DNA of 64,000 nucleotides, from NCBI RefSeq assembly GCF_055900595.2, contig NZ_CM148325.1; one strand, given 5' to 3'. Position 1 is the stretch's first letter, and the number at the start of each line of letters is the position of its first letter. The translations under genes were made by a program, and so were the position numbers. Positions 36,228 through 49,161 of the stretch are shown one piece after another. Under the pieces are notes generated by a model. The model was not told the DNA's origin. It did not search any database and saw only the letters and a list, made by a program, of their open reading frames with translations.

Positions 36228-36351
36228 GAGTGCTATCTCCGAATAGGGAATCGAACCTGCAAATCAGGCAATAAAAAACCGCATTGATGCGGCAATGGTA
36301 GGTCTGGATATCTTGAGAAATGAACGGGCCTCATCGAGTGTGAGGCTGTGG

Positions 36352-36696
36352 TTAGTCCTTGCGTAACTCGCTAATTCTTCTGTAAGTCTCTGGTGCTTTG
36401 TTTCCGTGTATCTTCATTTCAGACTTCAACAGAGCAACGAGAGAATCCCATTCGTTGAGGATGCCTTTGAATGCCGGAACGCGCTTTGCAACCTTGTCGA
36501 ATGAATCCCTGATTTCTGGAATCTGCTCGACAAGCGCAACGCATCGTCGGAAATCGGCTGCGTCATGTGGAGCACCGAAGCTATGACCATAGATATTCTT
36601 TTTCAGTCCACATGCGATTGAGGCAAGAGTTGCGCTACTGATGCCAACATCGCCAGTCGATTGCCATTTCAAAACCTTCATAGCCAAATCTGACAT
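36352..36696 (-). CDS. hypothetical protein (114 aa)
   Basis: Intact ORF with a terminator-like hairpin downstream (about 36270-36292); no family recognised by eye. Confidence 0.4.
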   Translation of the reverse strand: MSDLAMKVLKWQSTGDVGISSATLASIACGLKKNIYGHSFGAPHDAADFRRCVALVEQIPEIRDSFDKVAKRVPAFKGILNEWDSLVALLKSEMKIHGNKAPETYRRISELRKD

Positions 36697-36723
36697 TTCT
36701 TGTCTCCAATAAAAAAACCGCCA

Positions 36724-36891
36724 TCAGGCGGCTTGGTGTTCTTTCAGTTCTTCAATTCGAATATTGGTTATGTCTGCATGTGCTATCTGCGCCCATATTA
36801 TCCAGTGGTCATAGCAGTCGTTGATGTTCTCTGCTTCGATAACCCTGTTGAATGGCTCTCCATTCCATTCTCCTGTGACTCGGAAGTGCAT
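36724..36891 (-). CDS. small hypothetical protein (55 aa)
   Basis: ORF MHFRVTGEWNGEPFNRVIEAENINDCYDHWIIWAQIAHADITNIRIEELKEHQAA with a GGAGA RBS; below the track's length cut-off. Confidence 0.3.
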   Translation of the reverse strand: MHFRVTGEWNGEPFNRVIEAENINDCYDHWIIWAQIAHADITNIRIEELKEHQAA

Positions 36892-37033
36892 TTATCATCT
36901 CCATAAAACAAAACTCGCCGTAGCGAGTTCAGATAAAAGAAATCCCCGCGAGGGCGGGGATGTTAAGTCGGTGGGGGTACAGTATGGATATCGAAAATTA
37001 TTGCGCGATTCTCATTACTCCCCTGGGAAAACA

Positions 37034-37492
37034 TTATCTGGCAAGCATACGTTGTTGATGCTGTTTCACAACACGTAAACGTAAGCTGTCATAGGCCCAA
37101 TTGTAGAACATGGTATATGGTAGAAAGAAAAGGAAGAATCCTATCTCTAGTGTAAAAGCCTGTAACAGACTGACGCTCAGAATCCAGGACACCATAATGA
37201 CGCCGATCGCGATAAATCCACTTTCAAAGCCCAAAGCATGGAATGCACGAACTTTTGCAGTTCGTTTTACCTGATGAGCAGGCCAGTAGCGATCAAATAG
37301 CATGTTATAGATGATATTCCAGATCATTGCAGTTGAAGCCAACAAGATAGTCATCCCGCCCATTTCGAGTATAGTTCGCTGCATTAACCATGCTGTGGTG
37401 GGGGCCAGAATCGCAGTGGCAATTCCTTCAAAGCAAATAGCGTGAAAAATACGCTCAAGTAACGATCTGTGTTGAATCGCATTATGTTGCAT
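37034..37492 (-). CDS. PACE-family (AceI-like, tandem BTP-domain) small membrane efflux protein
   Basis: 152 aa, 4 predicted TM helices, two internal repeats each starting R-x-x-H-A-x-x-F-E (RIFHAICFEG, RAFHALGFESG); divergent LysR neighbour as in aceR/aceI. Confidence 0.55.
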   Translation of the reverse strand: MQHNAIQHRSLLERIFHAICFEGIATAILAPTTAWLMQRTILEMGGMTILLASTAMIWNIIYNMLFDRYWPAHQVKRTAKVRAFHALGFESGFIAIGVIMVSWILSVSLLQAFTLEIGFFLFFLPYTMFYNWAYDSLRLRVVKQHQQRMLAR

Positions 37493-37595
37493 AACTTACC
37501 TTTCTTACAGTTTCGACCGCGTTATGGAGTTGTGAGATTTTTATCGATTTATGTGATATATAAAAGATAGATACCATCGAAAAAATTGATAGATT

Positions 37596-38480
37596 ATGCG
37601 TTACTCACTTGAAGCGTTAAGTACATTTGTTGAAGCGGTTTCCTGTGGCTCCTTTTCTGCTGCGGCACGAAGATTACGCAAAAGTCAGTCCGCAGTCAGT
37701 ACGTCAATTGCCAATCTTGAGGTCGATCTTGGTATATCATTATTCGATCGCTCTTCGCGAGAACCTGTGCTGACAGAGGAAGGAAAGAAAGTATTGAGTT
37801 ACGTTCATGCGATTTTGTCAGCCAGTGAACGTCTTGAGGAGGTGGCGGTTTCGCTTGCCGGAGAGACTGAAGCTCGTCTGACGTTTGTGCTTTCCGATAC
37901 CCTACACCCTGACTTATTAGAAGACATCATGGTGCAGTTTGATAGTCAGTTTCCACATACTGAGTTAGAGGTTTTAATTGGTGAGGATGTCGATGTCATC
38001 GATCTTTTGCAAAAAGAACGAGCGCAGATCGGCTTAATTGAGTCTCGGGAACACTACCCCACCGATATTGGCTCAACCCGTTTACCGATGCAAGCGTGGA
38101 TGGGCATTTATGTTTCGGCGTCACATCCACTGTCTGCAGAAAAAACAATCCAGCGGGAACAACTTCATTCATGGCGAGAACTTCGTCTTAATACTTATAT
38201 CGATAACCGGGAGATGATTGCCCGTGGACCGGTTTGGTCTGCACCTAACTATTTGTTGTTACTCAGTATGGCCGTACAGGGATTTGGCTGGTGCTCTCTG
38301 CCCTGTGCTCTGGTTGAGGAGTTTGCAACAGAAAAACCGCTGGTTCAGCTCGACGTACCTGGCTGGCCAAAGGCAATTTCTATCGATCTGCTTTGGAATA
38401 AAAAATCGCCACCAGGCGCGGCTGGAAATTGGCTTAAGCATCATTTACAGCATATCAATGCCCCAAATAGTCGAACTTAG
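37596..38480 (+). CDS. LysR-family transcriptional regulator
   Basis: 294 aa with N-terminal LysR HTH (..FVEAVSCGSFSAAARRLRKSQSAVS..), divergently transcribed from the PACE-like gene. Confidence 0.8.
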   Translation: MRYSLEALSTFVEAVSCGSFSAAARRLRKSQSAVSTSIANLEVDLGISLFDRSSREPVLTEEGKKVLSYVHAILSASERLEEVAVSLAGETEARLTFVLSDTLHPDLLEDIMVQFDSQFPHTELEVLIGEDVDVIDLLQKERAQIGLIESREHYPTDIGSTRLPMQAWMGIYVSASHPLSAEKTIQREQLHSWRELRLNTYIDNREMIARGPVWSAPNYLLLLSMAVQGFGWCSLPCALVEEFATEKPLVQLDVPGWPKAISIDLLWNKKSPPGAAGNWLKHHLQHINAPNSRT

Positions 38481-38601
38481 ATTAGTTAAAATATGGAATC
38501 CTGAAATAATCTATGTTGATATGTGGAGCCATCTTCCAGGCTCCCACCTAAATCATGTTAGCAGTTCCATTTTTTTGATGATTTCCGCATGAGCATCATC
38601 G

Positions 38602-38685
38602 TTATCCCCAGCGACAAATTGAATACAAAACCAGTGCTACCGCCATTGCAATTCCTACCGTTGCGAATGCTTCAGGCCAGCTCAT
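38602..38685 (-). CDS. possible 27-aa hydrophobic peptide
   Basis: ORF MSWPEAFATVGIAMAVALVLYSICRWG; its ATG overlaps the upstream stop (ATGA) and is preceded by AGGAGGTGA. Speculative. Confidence 0.2.
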   Translation of the reverse strand: MSWPEAFATVGIAMAVALVLYSICRWG

Positions 38686-39005
38686 TGATTCACCTCCTGC
38701 GGCGGTTCTGGTAGTGGTATCCAGAACAAGGCGTTCCCTAACCACGATAAAGTGCCGTCGCTCAACTCCACGTATTCCCCTTGCACCTGTCCTGCCATAT
38801 ACTCACCGTGCTTTGAATAAATTAAAATCCAATCATCTTGAGCGGGCATTCGCTCACTACAGCTTATCCAACCACCCGGAGTTACCGGAGAGTTGCCGCG
38901 TTCTTTAATGTGCAAGCGAGGCTCACCATCTTTTGGTTCAGGCCACTGGCGCTCCATGTTGATCTTCAATTTATCTTCCTGTAGTGGCACACTGAATTTG
39001 GCCAC
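38682..39005 (-). CDS. DUF551-like phage protein, 5' end abutting IS911
   Basis: C-terminus ..LFWIPLPEPPQ; the first about 9 codons of the track ORF are IS911 terminal repeat sequence, so the native N-terminus is lost or starts at internal M (about 38957). Confidence 0.4.
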   Translation of the reverse strand: MAKFSVPLQEDKLKINMERQWPEPKDGEPRLHIKERGNSPVTPGGWISCSERMPAQDDWILIYSKHGEYMAGQVQGEYVELSDGTLSWLGNALFWIPLPEPPQEVNQ

Positions 39006-39051
39006 CTGAACAGAGGTGATATGCTCACCTCAGAACAACACAGGTGCTCCA

Positions 39052-40220
<1,169 letters not shown>

Positions 40221-40228
40221 CCACTACA

Positions 40229-41145
40229 TTCTGACGGTAAACTCAGGAATTTGTCGGTAAGAGCCTGATTTACTGAGACAGAATCTTTGCCCCTGAGTCT
40301 AAGGATGATCGTATAACGTGATTTTCGGTCTACAAGTGTGGCTATATGAGAGTTTTTTGTACCTAAGACTAAATCGCCCTCCCAATGCCCCAGAGAGCGT
40401 CTGTTATCGATATTTCGGGAACGTTCGTGAATTGGTGTTCCGTTCACTATGTTAATCGTACCTCTTTCGCCTTTGCGGGTATGACGCCTGCCATGGCGAA
40501 GGCTATGCGACCGTCGCAGATGCTGTATATTCAGGTGGTGTAGCGCTTCACGGCTACGAAAGTACAGCGTTTTATAAATTGTCTCAGGTGATATTCGCAG
40601 CGTTTTTTGACGTGGTTTTGTTCGCCTTAACCATCCTGATATTTGCTCTGGAGACCATTTCATCTCCAGCTTTTCCAGAACAAGCTTTCGCAATGGTAAA
40701 TTTTGATCCAGTAAGCACGGTTTTGGCCTTTTCGCCATTCTGTTGGCTCGGTTATTAGCATCAACAGCTTTGTAATAGCGTCTGCCCCGATTACGCTGAA
40801 CTTCACGTGAGATCGTCGAAGGACTGCGATTCAGCGCAGTAGCTATCGCACGAATGCTCATTTTGGCTGACAAACCAGCTCGTATCTCCTCGCGCTCAGA
40901 CAGTGTCAGGTGAGCTACAGCCCGCTTACGCTCATGGGGTTTTATGCCGCCAGTATCCCTTAACATAGTGAAGATCGTTCCGGGTTTTGAACCCAGGATA
41001 TTCGCTATTTCACTGAAGCCTGTTCCGTTCTTCCATAGTTCAAAAACAGAGGCTTTTTCCTCTGCTGTAAATGTTCGTCTCATTCAAAAAACCTCTGCAA
41101 CCCCATGTTTTCACATAACTGTTGCGTTGACCAATTGAATCTACA
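40229..41145 (-). mobile_element. IS30 copy 1, 3'-truncated by IS911 (transposase codons 1-285 retained)
   Basis: Identical to IS30 copy 2 up to ..LTDKFLSLPSE, then IS911 end sequence; IRL-side terminus ..GAATCTACA at 41145. Confidence 0.8.
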
Positions 41146-41472
41146 GTTGCTTTTTTTAATATATCTCGCTCAAGGCGAGCTTCATTTAACGCCTTACGCA
41201 GTTGCAGAATTTTAGATTCCAGTTCAGCCACCGTGCGGGAACCAAGAGTACCGAGCCCTTTTCTGGCGGCGGTAACCCATTGTCCTAAAGTGCCTTCAGG
41301 AAGAGATAATCGGGAAGCGCCTTCACTGATCGAAAGTTGATTTTCAAGAACCGTTCTGACAGCTTCGGCTTTGAACTCTTTAGAGTAACGTTGGGTTTTT
41401 CTGCTCATTATTAGCTCCTTCTGATGCCATTCTATTTCAGGAAGGAGTGTCCGTTAAACTCAGGCTACCTCA
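41146..41472 (-). mobile_element. IS600 5' portion (left terminus plus orfA up to ..ILKKAT)
   Basis: OrfA MSRKTQRYSKEFKAEAVRTVLENQLSISEGASRLS..; terminal repeat TGAGGTAGCCTGAGTTTAACGG at 41472; ends at the IS30 junction. Confidence 0.7.
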
Positions 41473-42116
41473 TCCGTCAGAGCTGCATGATGGCGGCGTG
41501 AGAACCTTAGGCATCCCGACAGTGGTGGATAGGCCTATCCAGCAGGCTATAGCTATAGCGCAACATTTAAGCGCCATCGTGGACAAAAGCTTCTCAGACT
41601 CTAGGCACGGTTTCCGGCTGGGACGCAACGTATGGCAGGCAGTGCAATAGGCACAGCATTATATACGGGGCAGCAAACGGTGGGTGGTGGATATAAATCT
41701 GGAGAAGTTCTTCGACCGTGTGGATCACAGACTCCTGATGACGCGTCTGGCCAGTACGATAAAGGACAGGCGGGTGCTGAGGCTGATACGCCGCTACTTG
41801 AAAGAGGAAATAGTCCGGGACGGGCAAAGAGAGAAATGGCAGGAAGGCATGCCGCAGGGCGGCCATTGCTGGATGATATCAGGACGTCGTAGAGAACAAA
41901 CTGAAGCAGAAAGTGAATGAGAAGAAGAGCGCGGTGGCGCGCCCGTGGGAGCAGAAGTTCCTCGGGTACAGTATGACATGGCACAAACAGTTGAAGCTGA
42001 AAATAGCCCTGACGAGTGTGAACAGGCTGAAGGAGAAAGTGCGCAGTCTGACCACGGGAAACCGGAGCAAATCAGTGAAAGCGACAATCAATGCCCTGAC
42101 GCCAGTGCTGCGTGAA
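41473..42116 (+). pseudogene. group II intron reverse transcriptase/maturase fragment (frameshifted, 3'-truncated)
   Basis: RT motifs in three frames: ..GGVRTLGIPTVVDRPIQQA.., ..VDINLEKFFDRVDHRLLM.., ..EGMPQGG..; truncated by the IS256-like end near 42117. Confidence 0.6.
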
Positions 42117-42935
42117 CCTGTTTAAGATTCTGTGTAAATGCCTTTTCTCAGAAGTGACCGTCCTGGCGGTCACCGAACTCGATAATAAAGCGGCTGAACC
42201 TGTACATAGATTTGTGTAATCGCCTGATTTTGATATGTTCAATCCAGCATCATATGAAGGTTAATTTATGGATGAAAAACAGTTACAGGCTCTGGCTAAC
42301 GAACTGGCCAAAAACCTCAAAACCTCTGAAGACCTCAGTCAGTTTGATCGGCTGCTGAAAAAGCTCAGCGTTGAAGCCGCTCTCAATGCTGAGATGACAC
42401 ACCATCTTGGGTATGAGAAAAATCAGCCCAGACTAGGAGCTAACTCCCGCAACGGTTATTCCACAAAGACCGTTATCACAGGCGACGGTCCACTGGAACT
42501 GCGTACTCCGCGCGATCGTGACGGTACCTTCGAACCACAACTGGTAAAGAAAAATCAGACCCGTATTACCGGGATGGATAACCAGATCCTCTCGTTGTAT
42601 GCCAAAGGGATGACCACTCGTGAGATAGCTGCTGCGTTCAAAGAACTGTATGACGCAGATGTTTCACCGGCGCTGACAGCCGAAGCTGGCAGGCTAACTG
42701 GCCGAATCTTGCCACGTTCTTCGCTTATCCAACGGACATCCGCAAAGTGATCTATACGACGAATGCCATCGAGTCGCTAAACAGCGTGATCCGCCATGCG
42801 ATCAAAAAGCGTAAAGTGTTCCCGACAGACGACTCGGTGAAAAAAGTGGTGTGGCTGGCAATCCAGTCTGCGTCCCAGAAATGGACGATTCCGTTGAAGG
42901 ACTGGCGAATGGCAACGAGCCGCTTGGAACTGTAA
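42117..42935 (+). mobile_element. IS256-family element remnant (transposase with internal deletion of about 190 codons)
   Basis: Left-end repeat shared with 55217; N-terminal MDEKQLQALANELAKN.. joined to C-terminal ..WQANWANLATFFAYPTDIRKVIYTTNAIESLNSVIRH.. in another frame. Confidence 0.6.
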
Positions 42936-43234
42936 ATATCACATAGTTTTTGCGCCAAAATACCGAAGACAGGTGTTCTACAGAGAGAAGCGTAGAGCAA
43001 TAGGCTGTATTTTGAGGAAGCTGTGTGAGTGGAAAAGTGTACAGATTCTGGAAGCTGAATACTGTGCAAATCCCGCCCCAAATGAGCGCATACGGAAGTG
43101 TTCTGCGCTGGTTTTGCCGTACTCCTTCATGGGCCGGTTATTCATATCCGTCAGTAAATCCCAAAAACGTACATTCAACGTAAGCATCCGGTGAACTCGC
43201 ATGGCGCGATCACCGGCGTTATGGCAGGGCGTAT

Positions 43235-44911
43235 TCAGTCCGCCGGATGGCGGTAAGGCAGCAGTTCATCCAGCCGGGACGCCGGCCATGACGGCAGCTT
43301 CTCCAGCACATCACGCAGCCAGACTACTGGCTCCAGACCGTTCAGCCTCGCCGTGTGCAGCAGCGTCAGCAGCTCCGCCAGCCGCTCTCCTCCCCGCAGC
43401 GAACCCGCGAACAGCCATGACTTCCGCCCCTGCGCCACCGGACGCATCATCTGCTCACTCCGGTTGTTGTCCAGCGGTACCCGTCCGTCATTCAGGTATG
43501 TTTCCAGCGCCGGCCAACGCTTCAGGGCATACGTCACCGCACCGTGCAGCCTGCCACCCGGCGCGCTCGTCTTTTCCGTCGCCCTCAGCCAGCTGTGGAA
43601 CGCCTCCATCTGCGGCTTCGCGTACCGCCGTCGCCATCGCCATTTCTGCTCTGCCGGACGCTGCCGGATGGTCTGCTCCAGGATATACAGCGCCCGTATC
43701 TGTTTCAGCGCCTCCTTCGCCCCCGGACTGCCGTTCATTCTGTACAGCTCCATGAACTTTCTGCGCACGTGCGCCATGCACCCCGCCTCACAGATACCCG
43801 GTGCCGCCGGAGGGGCCCCTTCCTGCCCGTCACGGAACAGCGCCCGGTAACCGGCATAACCGTCAGCCACCAGAGTCCCCGACCACCCGCTCAGCATCTC
43901 ACACGCATACTGCCCCGCACGCCCCGGACGGCAGTCGTACACCACGATGTCCCGGGCACTGCCCGCCGCACTCACGTATGCTCACAGGTACCCTTTCCGG
44001 ACTTTCCCTTTCCGCGTATCCAGTATCTGCAGCGGCGTCTCGTCCGCCTGCAGCACCGGTTGCCTGAGCAGGTCACGTTTCAGGGCTGCCGCCAGCGGCG
44101 ACAGCACCGCCGCCGTCGGCCCGAACCAGTCCGTCAGCGTGCTTTCCGGCAACTGTACCCCTTCACGGGCGTATATCTTCTGCTGCCGCTGCAGTGACAG
44201 GTGATCCAGCACCTTCGCGGTCACCACCTGCGCCAGCAGACCCGGACCCGGCTGCCCTTTGTCGATGACTGCCGGCGGCAGCACGGCACTGTGCACCGTG
44301 TCGCAGCACGGGCAACTGTACTGCGGTCTCACGGTCCGTTTCACCACGAAGTGTGCCGGTACATACTCCAGCACCTCATTCACCTCGTCGCGGATATGTC
44401 GCATTTCACTTCCGCAGTCCGGACAGGTGCTACCGGTCTCAGGCATGAGTACGGTTTCCTGTCGCGGCAGGTGTGCCGGCAGGGGGTGACGGGCCGGCTT
44501 CTTCCCGGTTTTCTCCTTCACCGGCAGCAGGTCGCTCAGTTGCCGGGTGATATCAGCCTCATCGCTGGCCGCGTCCTCATCTGCCAGTGGTTTCTGGCTG
44601 GCCGGGAGGCGCTCGCTTTTACGCCCGAAGCGCCACTGGTGGGCCAGCTTCAGGGCCTCCTCCAGCTCCCGGATGCGCTGTTCATATGCGGTTTTTTCTG
44701 CCTGCATGGCGGCATTAAGGTCATGGATACGCTGTTCCAGCGTGGTGGTGACGGTATTCAGGTTATGGAGGCGCTGTTCCAGCGTGGTGTTGACGGTATT
44801 CAGGTTATGAAGGCGCTGCTCATATTCGCATGCCTGTGCCGTCAGCAGCGCTGTTGCCAGACGGCGCAGTTCATCGGGGTTTTGTGTGGTGTTCAGGATG
44901 TCATCTGTCAT
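43235..44911 (-). pseudogene. IS66-family transposase TnpC with an in-frame TGA
   Basis: The two track ORFs are in the same frame, separated by TGA at 43982-43984 where the conserved GYLW motif needs W (..KGYL*AYV..). Confidence 0.75.
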
Positions 44912-44985
44912 GCAGCCATGATGACAGAGGCGGGCGGGAACATCCTGATAAGAAGCTGCCCGTATTATGATTCTGGCACAGGAGG

Positions 44986-45324
44986 TTATTCAGTCCACCT
45001 CTGCAGGGGGCTGGCAGAGAGACGCAGCCAGTCAACGCCGGCGGTAAGCCAGGCGAACTGTTCCACCGTGAGCGACCAGGTGGTGTCGCCGTCGCGGGGC
45101 CAGCGGAAGGCGCCCTGGTGCAGGCGGCGGGTGCAGAGCCAGACGCCGTGGCGGTCCCACATCAGGAGTTTCATGCGGGTGCGTTTTTTCCCGGTGAAGA
45201 GGAAGGCTTCGCCTTCCCGGGGCGGATGCCCGGCGGCCTGAGTGGCGAGTCGCGTCAGGGAGTCGATGCCGGCGCGTATGTCAGCAGGCTCGCGGACGAG
45301 CCAGAGGGAATGAGGGCTCAGCAC
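44986..45324 (-). CDS. IS66-family Orf2 (TnpB)
   Basis: 112 aa, MLSPHSLWLVREPADIRAGIDSLTRL.. typical IS66 Orf2. Confidence 0.8.
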   Translation of the reverse strand: MLSPHSLWLVREPADIRAGIDSLTRLATQAAGHPPREGEAFLFTGKKRTRMKLLMWDRHGVWLCTRRLHQGAFRWPRDGDTTWSLTVEQFAWLTAGVDWLRLSASPLQRWTE

Positions 45325-45605
45325 AGGTTAAGCTCCCGGATGATGGCGGCGATGCCGGCCGGAGAGGCGGTGACGCAGGCGCACTGAAGTTTCAGGGTGG
45401 CAGTGTCACTGACGGAGAGGGTGACCGGCAGGATGGCTGGTCTGTTATCAGCCGGAGCGGGGCCACGGGCGTCGTCAGCGGAGAAGGCGCGGCAGAGATG
45501 CCAGAAAGTTTTGTTGTTGATGCCGTGTTGCCGGGCATACGCGGTCCGGGACATGCCGCTGACGCGCCAGGCGTCGTAGTGCTGGCGTCGCTGCGCCGGG
45601 GTCAT
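45318..45605 (-). CDS. IS66-family Orf1 (TnpA)
   Basis: 95 aa; overlaps Orf2 as in IS66 operons. Confidence 0.75.
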   Translation of the reverse strand: MTPAQRRQHYDAWRVSGMSRTAYARQHGINNKTFWHLCRAFSADDARGPAPADNRPAILPVTLSVSDTATLKLQCACVTASPAGIAAIIRELNLC

Positions 45606-46771
45606 TTTTTTGCCATCAGTTTTCTCTCTTTTGCATATAAAGGAAGAACCTGCAGAATGGCGTGGTTCACAACGGCCGGCAATGCGAGTTCACCGGATGC
45701 TTACCATTCAACGTCCTGAGTGCATGGAAGGTTTCATTATGGATACGGGCAAGCAGCTATCTTTCAACGGTGAAAACACCGTTTTTTGTGCTTTTGGTTT
45801 GCGTGGGTGAACCGGTATGATAACCGTACCATAGTACTCTGCAGGGCCTGGTTACTGTCGTGGATGACAGGAACATAGCGCTGCGCTTCTTAGTTTATCG
45901 GGGCTGAGCAGCTTCGGTACGTTGCTCAAGTAGGTCAGGCAGTGGCCGTGAGTATTTAACCATGTCATCATACCCTGACCTTCACATGCTTCAGCGTAGG
46001 TATAGTAAGATGCCCCCCCCATGGCCACGGAAATTGCCACGCGTATCCCCGGCACAATACCAGAAAATGAAAGAAGCGGAGGGAGGATAGACTTGTTACG
46101 CCTTCTGCTCTACATAAAAATTTTCCGGAAGCTGTCAGAAAAGAACTAATGACCTTAGGTACATTCATGGAAACGGTAAAGATTCTCTTACATAACTATT
46201 AAATCGACGCTTTATTCTGACGATTATGCGGCGGAAAATCTCTATCGCGTTGCACTCACGTAAACAATTCTCCCTTGCCATGCTGGATATTGATTATCCT
46301 CAAGAAAATTAATAATCGTTATAGACATAATTCCGAGGGTAATACACAGAAAAATTTCTCTTCGATGATTTGTGAGCATATTCTCATCAGTGCTTATGTT
46401 TTCCTCTATGGTGCCGAAGGATTTATTATTTTGTTTGTCGAAACAGAATTATCACACGCTAAAATCATTCTCGTAAATCTACGTAACAAAATGGCTGGTT
46501 TGCGTATCCAAGCCTAAGTCAGTGAAAGGTTTTCGGTCACGGACAATATTGGCGTCGACGAATATGATTTTTATCCTGACTATAACCTATTGATAGAAAG
46601 GGAGGGCGTTTTATTACGCCAAAAGTCAGGATCGAAACCGGATAGACGTCTTTCTGCTACTGATGACAAACTGCTGATTTTTCGTCATTGTCACGCGAAA
46701 CCAGTAGATCCGAACCAAGTATGATATGATAATTCGTCAGATAACTAACGATAAAAGCGAGCGGGAGGCAC

Positions 46772-47443
46772 ATGTTAATTCCAGAAATTAAACAGGAAAG
46801 GCTCTATCAAAAGATAGCGAATCTTATTATTAAGCTCATCAATGATAATGTCTTTCCGCCAGGTAGTTTTTTACCTCCAGAGCGTGAGCTGGCGAAACAA
46901 CTGGGAGTTAGTCGTTCATCGCTGAGAGAAGCTCTTATTGTTCTTGAGATATCTGGCTGGATTATTATTCAGTCTGGTAATGGGATTATTGTCAGTGATA
47001 ATAAACACTCTCCGGTCGATTACACTATCGAAGAAATTCTTTATGTCCGTGATTTAGTTGATAGTCATTGTGCCCGACTTGCAGCACTGGCTAATAATGA
47101 AACAATAATTAATAAAATTGAGTTACTCCATTTCCGAATGGAAAATTCCATTCATGAAAATAATGTGGCTGAATTTTATATGCTTGATAAGCAGTTTCAT
47201 CTGACCATTTCTGAAGCCAGCCATAATAGGGTGTTGTTAGATATGTCACGGATGCTTTGGGAGCAGCGTGTCAATATACCTTATGCTGGGCTGGATAAAC
47301 GTTCCGGCGATAAGAATGTACTTATCAAACTTAATCAACAGCATAAAGCAATTATTGAGGCGATTCGTGCAGGAAATGCAGACAATGCCTTGCAACGGGC
47401 ACTGCTACATTTGAAGTATGTGCGAGAAATAATTGGTTATTAA
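46772..47443 (+). CDS. GntR-family (FadR-like C-terminal domain) transcriptional regulator
   Basis: 223 aa; N-terminal winged HTH (..LPPERELAKQLGVSRSSLREALIVLE..) and helical C-terminal domain; AT-rich codon usage. Confidence 0.8.
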   Translation: MLIPEIKQERLYQKIANLIIKLINDNVFPPGSFLPPERELAKQLGVSRSSLREALIVLEISGWIIIQSGNGIIVSDNKHSPVDYTIEEILYVRDLVDSHCARLAALANNETIINKIELLHFRMENSIHENNVAEFYMLDKQFHLTISEASHNRVLLDMSRMLWEQRVNIPYAGLDKRSGDKNVLIKLNQQHKAIIEAIRAGNADNALQRALLHLKYVREIIGY

Positions 47444-47532
47444 CCTTTTCTGCGCTGAATAAATATACCTCCGGTATAGCCGTAATGCCGATCAGTTAAG
47501 GATCAGTTGACCGATCCAGTGGCTGTGTAAGA

Positions 47533-47566
47533 ATCCGGAAACGCTCACTCGTTTCCGGATTTTTTA
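47533..47566 (+). terminator. rho-independent terminator downstream of the GntR gene
   Basis: Hairpin ATCCGGAAACG-CTCACT-CGTTTCCGGAT followed by TTTTTT. Confidence 0.5.
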
Positions 47567-47656
47567 TGCACATGGGACAGGCCCTTGATCTGGTATCCCG
47601 TTACGATTCTCTGCGTAACCCACTGACTTCTCTGGGGGATTACCTCGACCCCGAAC

Positions 47657-49161
<1,505 letters not shown>

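Larger units (their letters stand above)
43180..45704 (-). mobile_element. IS66-family element (about 2525 bp) with 8-bp target duplication
   Basis: Terminal inverted repeats GTAAGCATCCGGTGAACTCGCAT at both ends; flanked by direct repeats CATTCAAC (43172-43179 and 45705-45712); three IS66-type ORFs. Confidence 0.85.

Noticed and set aside
36246..36265. Possible intact tRNA upstream of the AlpA gene
   Set aside because: Only the T-arm-like 14-mer matches; no acceptor stem or anticodon arm can be built from flanking sequence, so it is at most a fragment.
43201..44197. Several overlapping plus-strand ORFs rich in Pro/Ala/Arg within the IS66-family element
   Set aside because: They are antisense to the IS66 transposase in a GC-rich region; the low-complexity composition is characteristic of spurious frames.
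46012..46019. Homopolymeric C8 tract as a possible phase-variation switch
   Set aside because: It is not within or immediately upstream of any convincing ORF, so there is no target gene for slipped-strand regulation.
46275..46517. 80-aa low-complexity ORF in the AT-rich region upstream of the GntR gene
   Set aside because: Ile/Leu/Asn-rich composition from AT-rich DNA, no RBS and no recognisable domain; more likely promoter or intergenic DNA.
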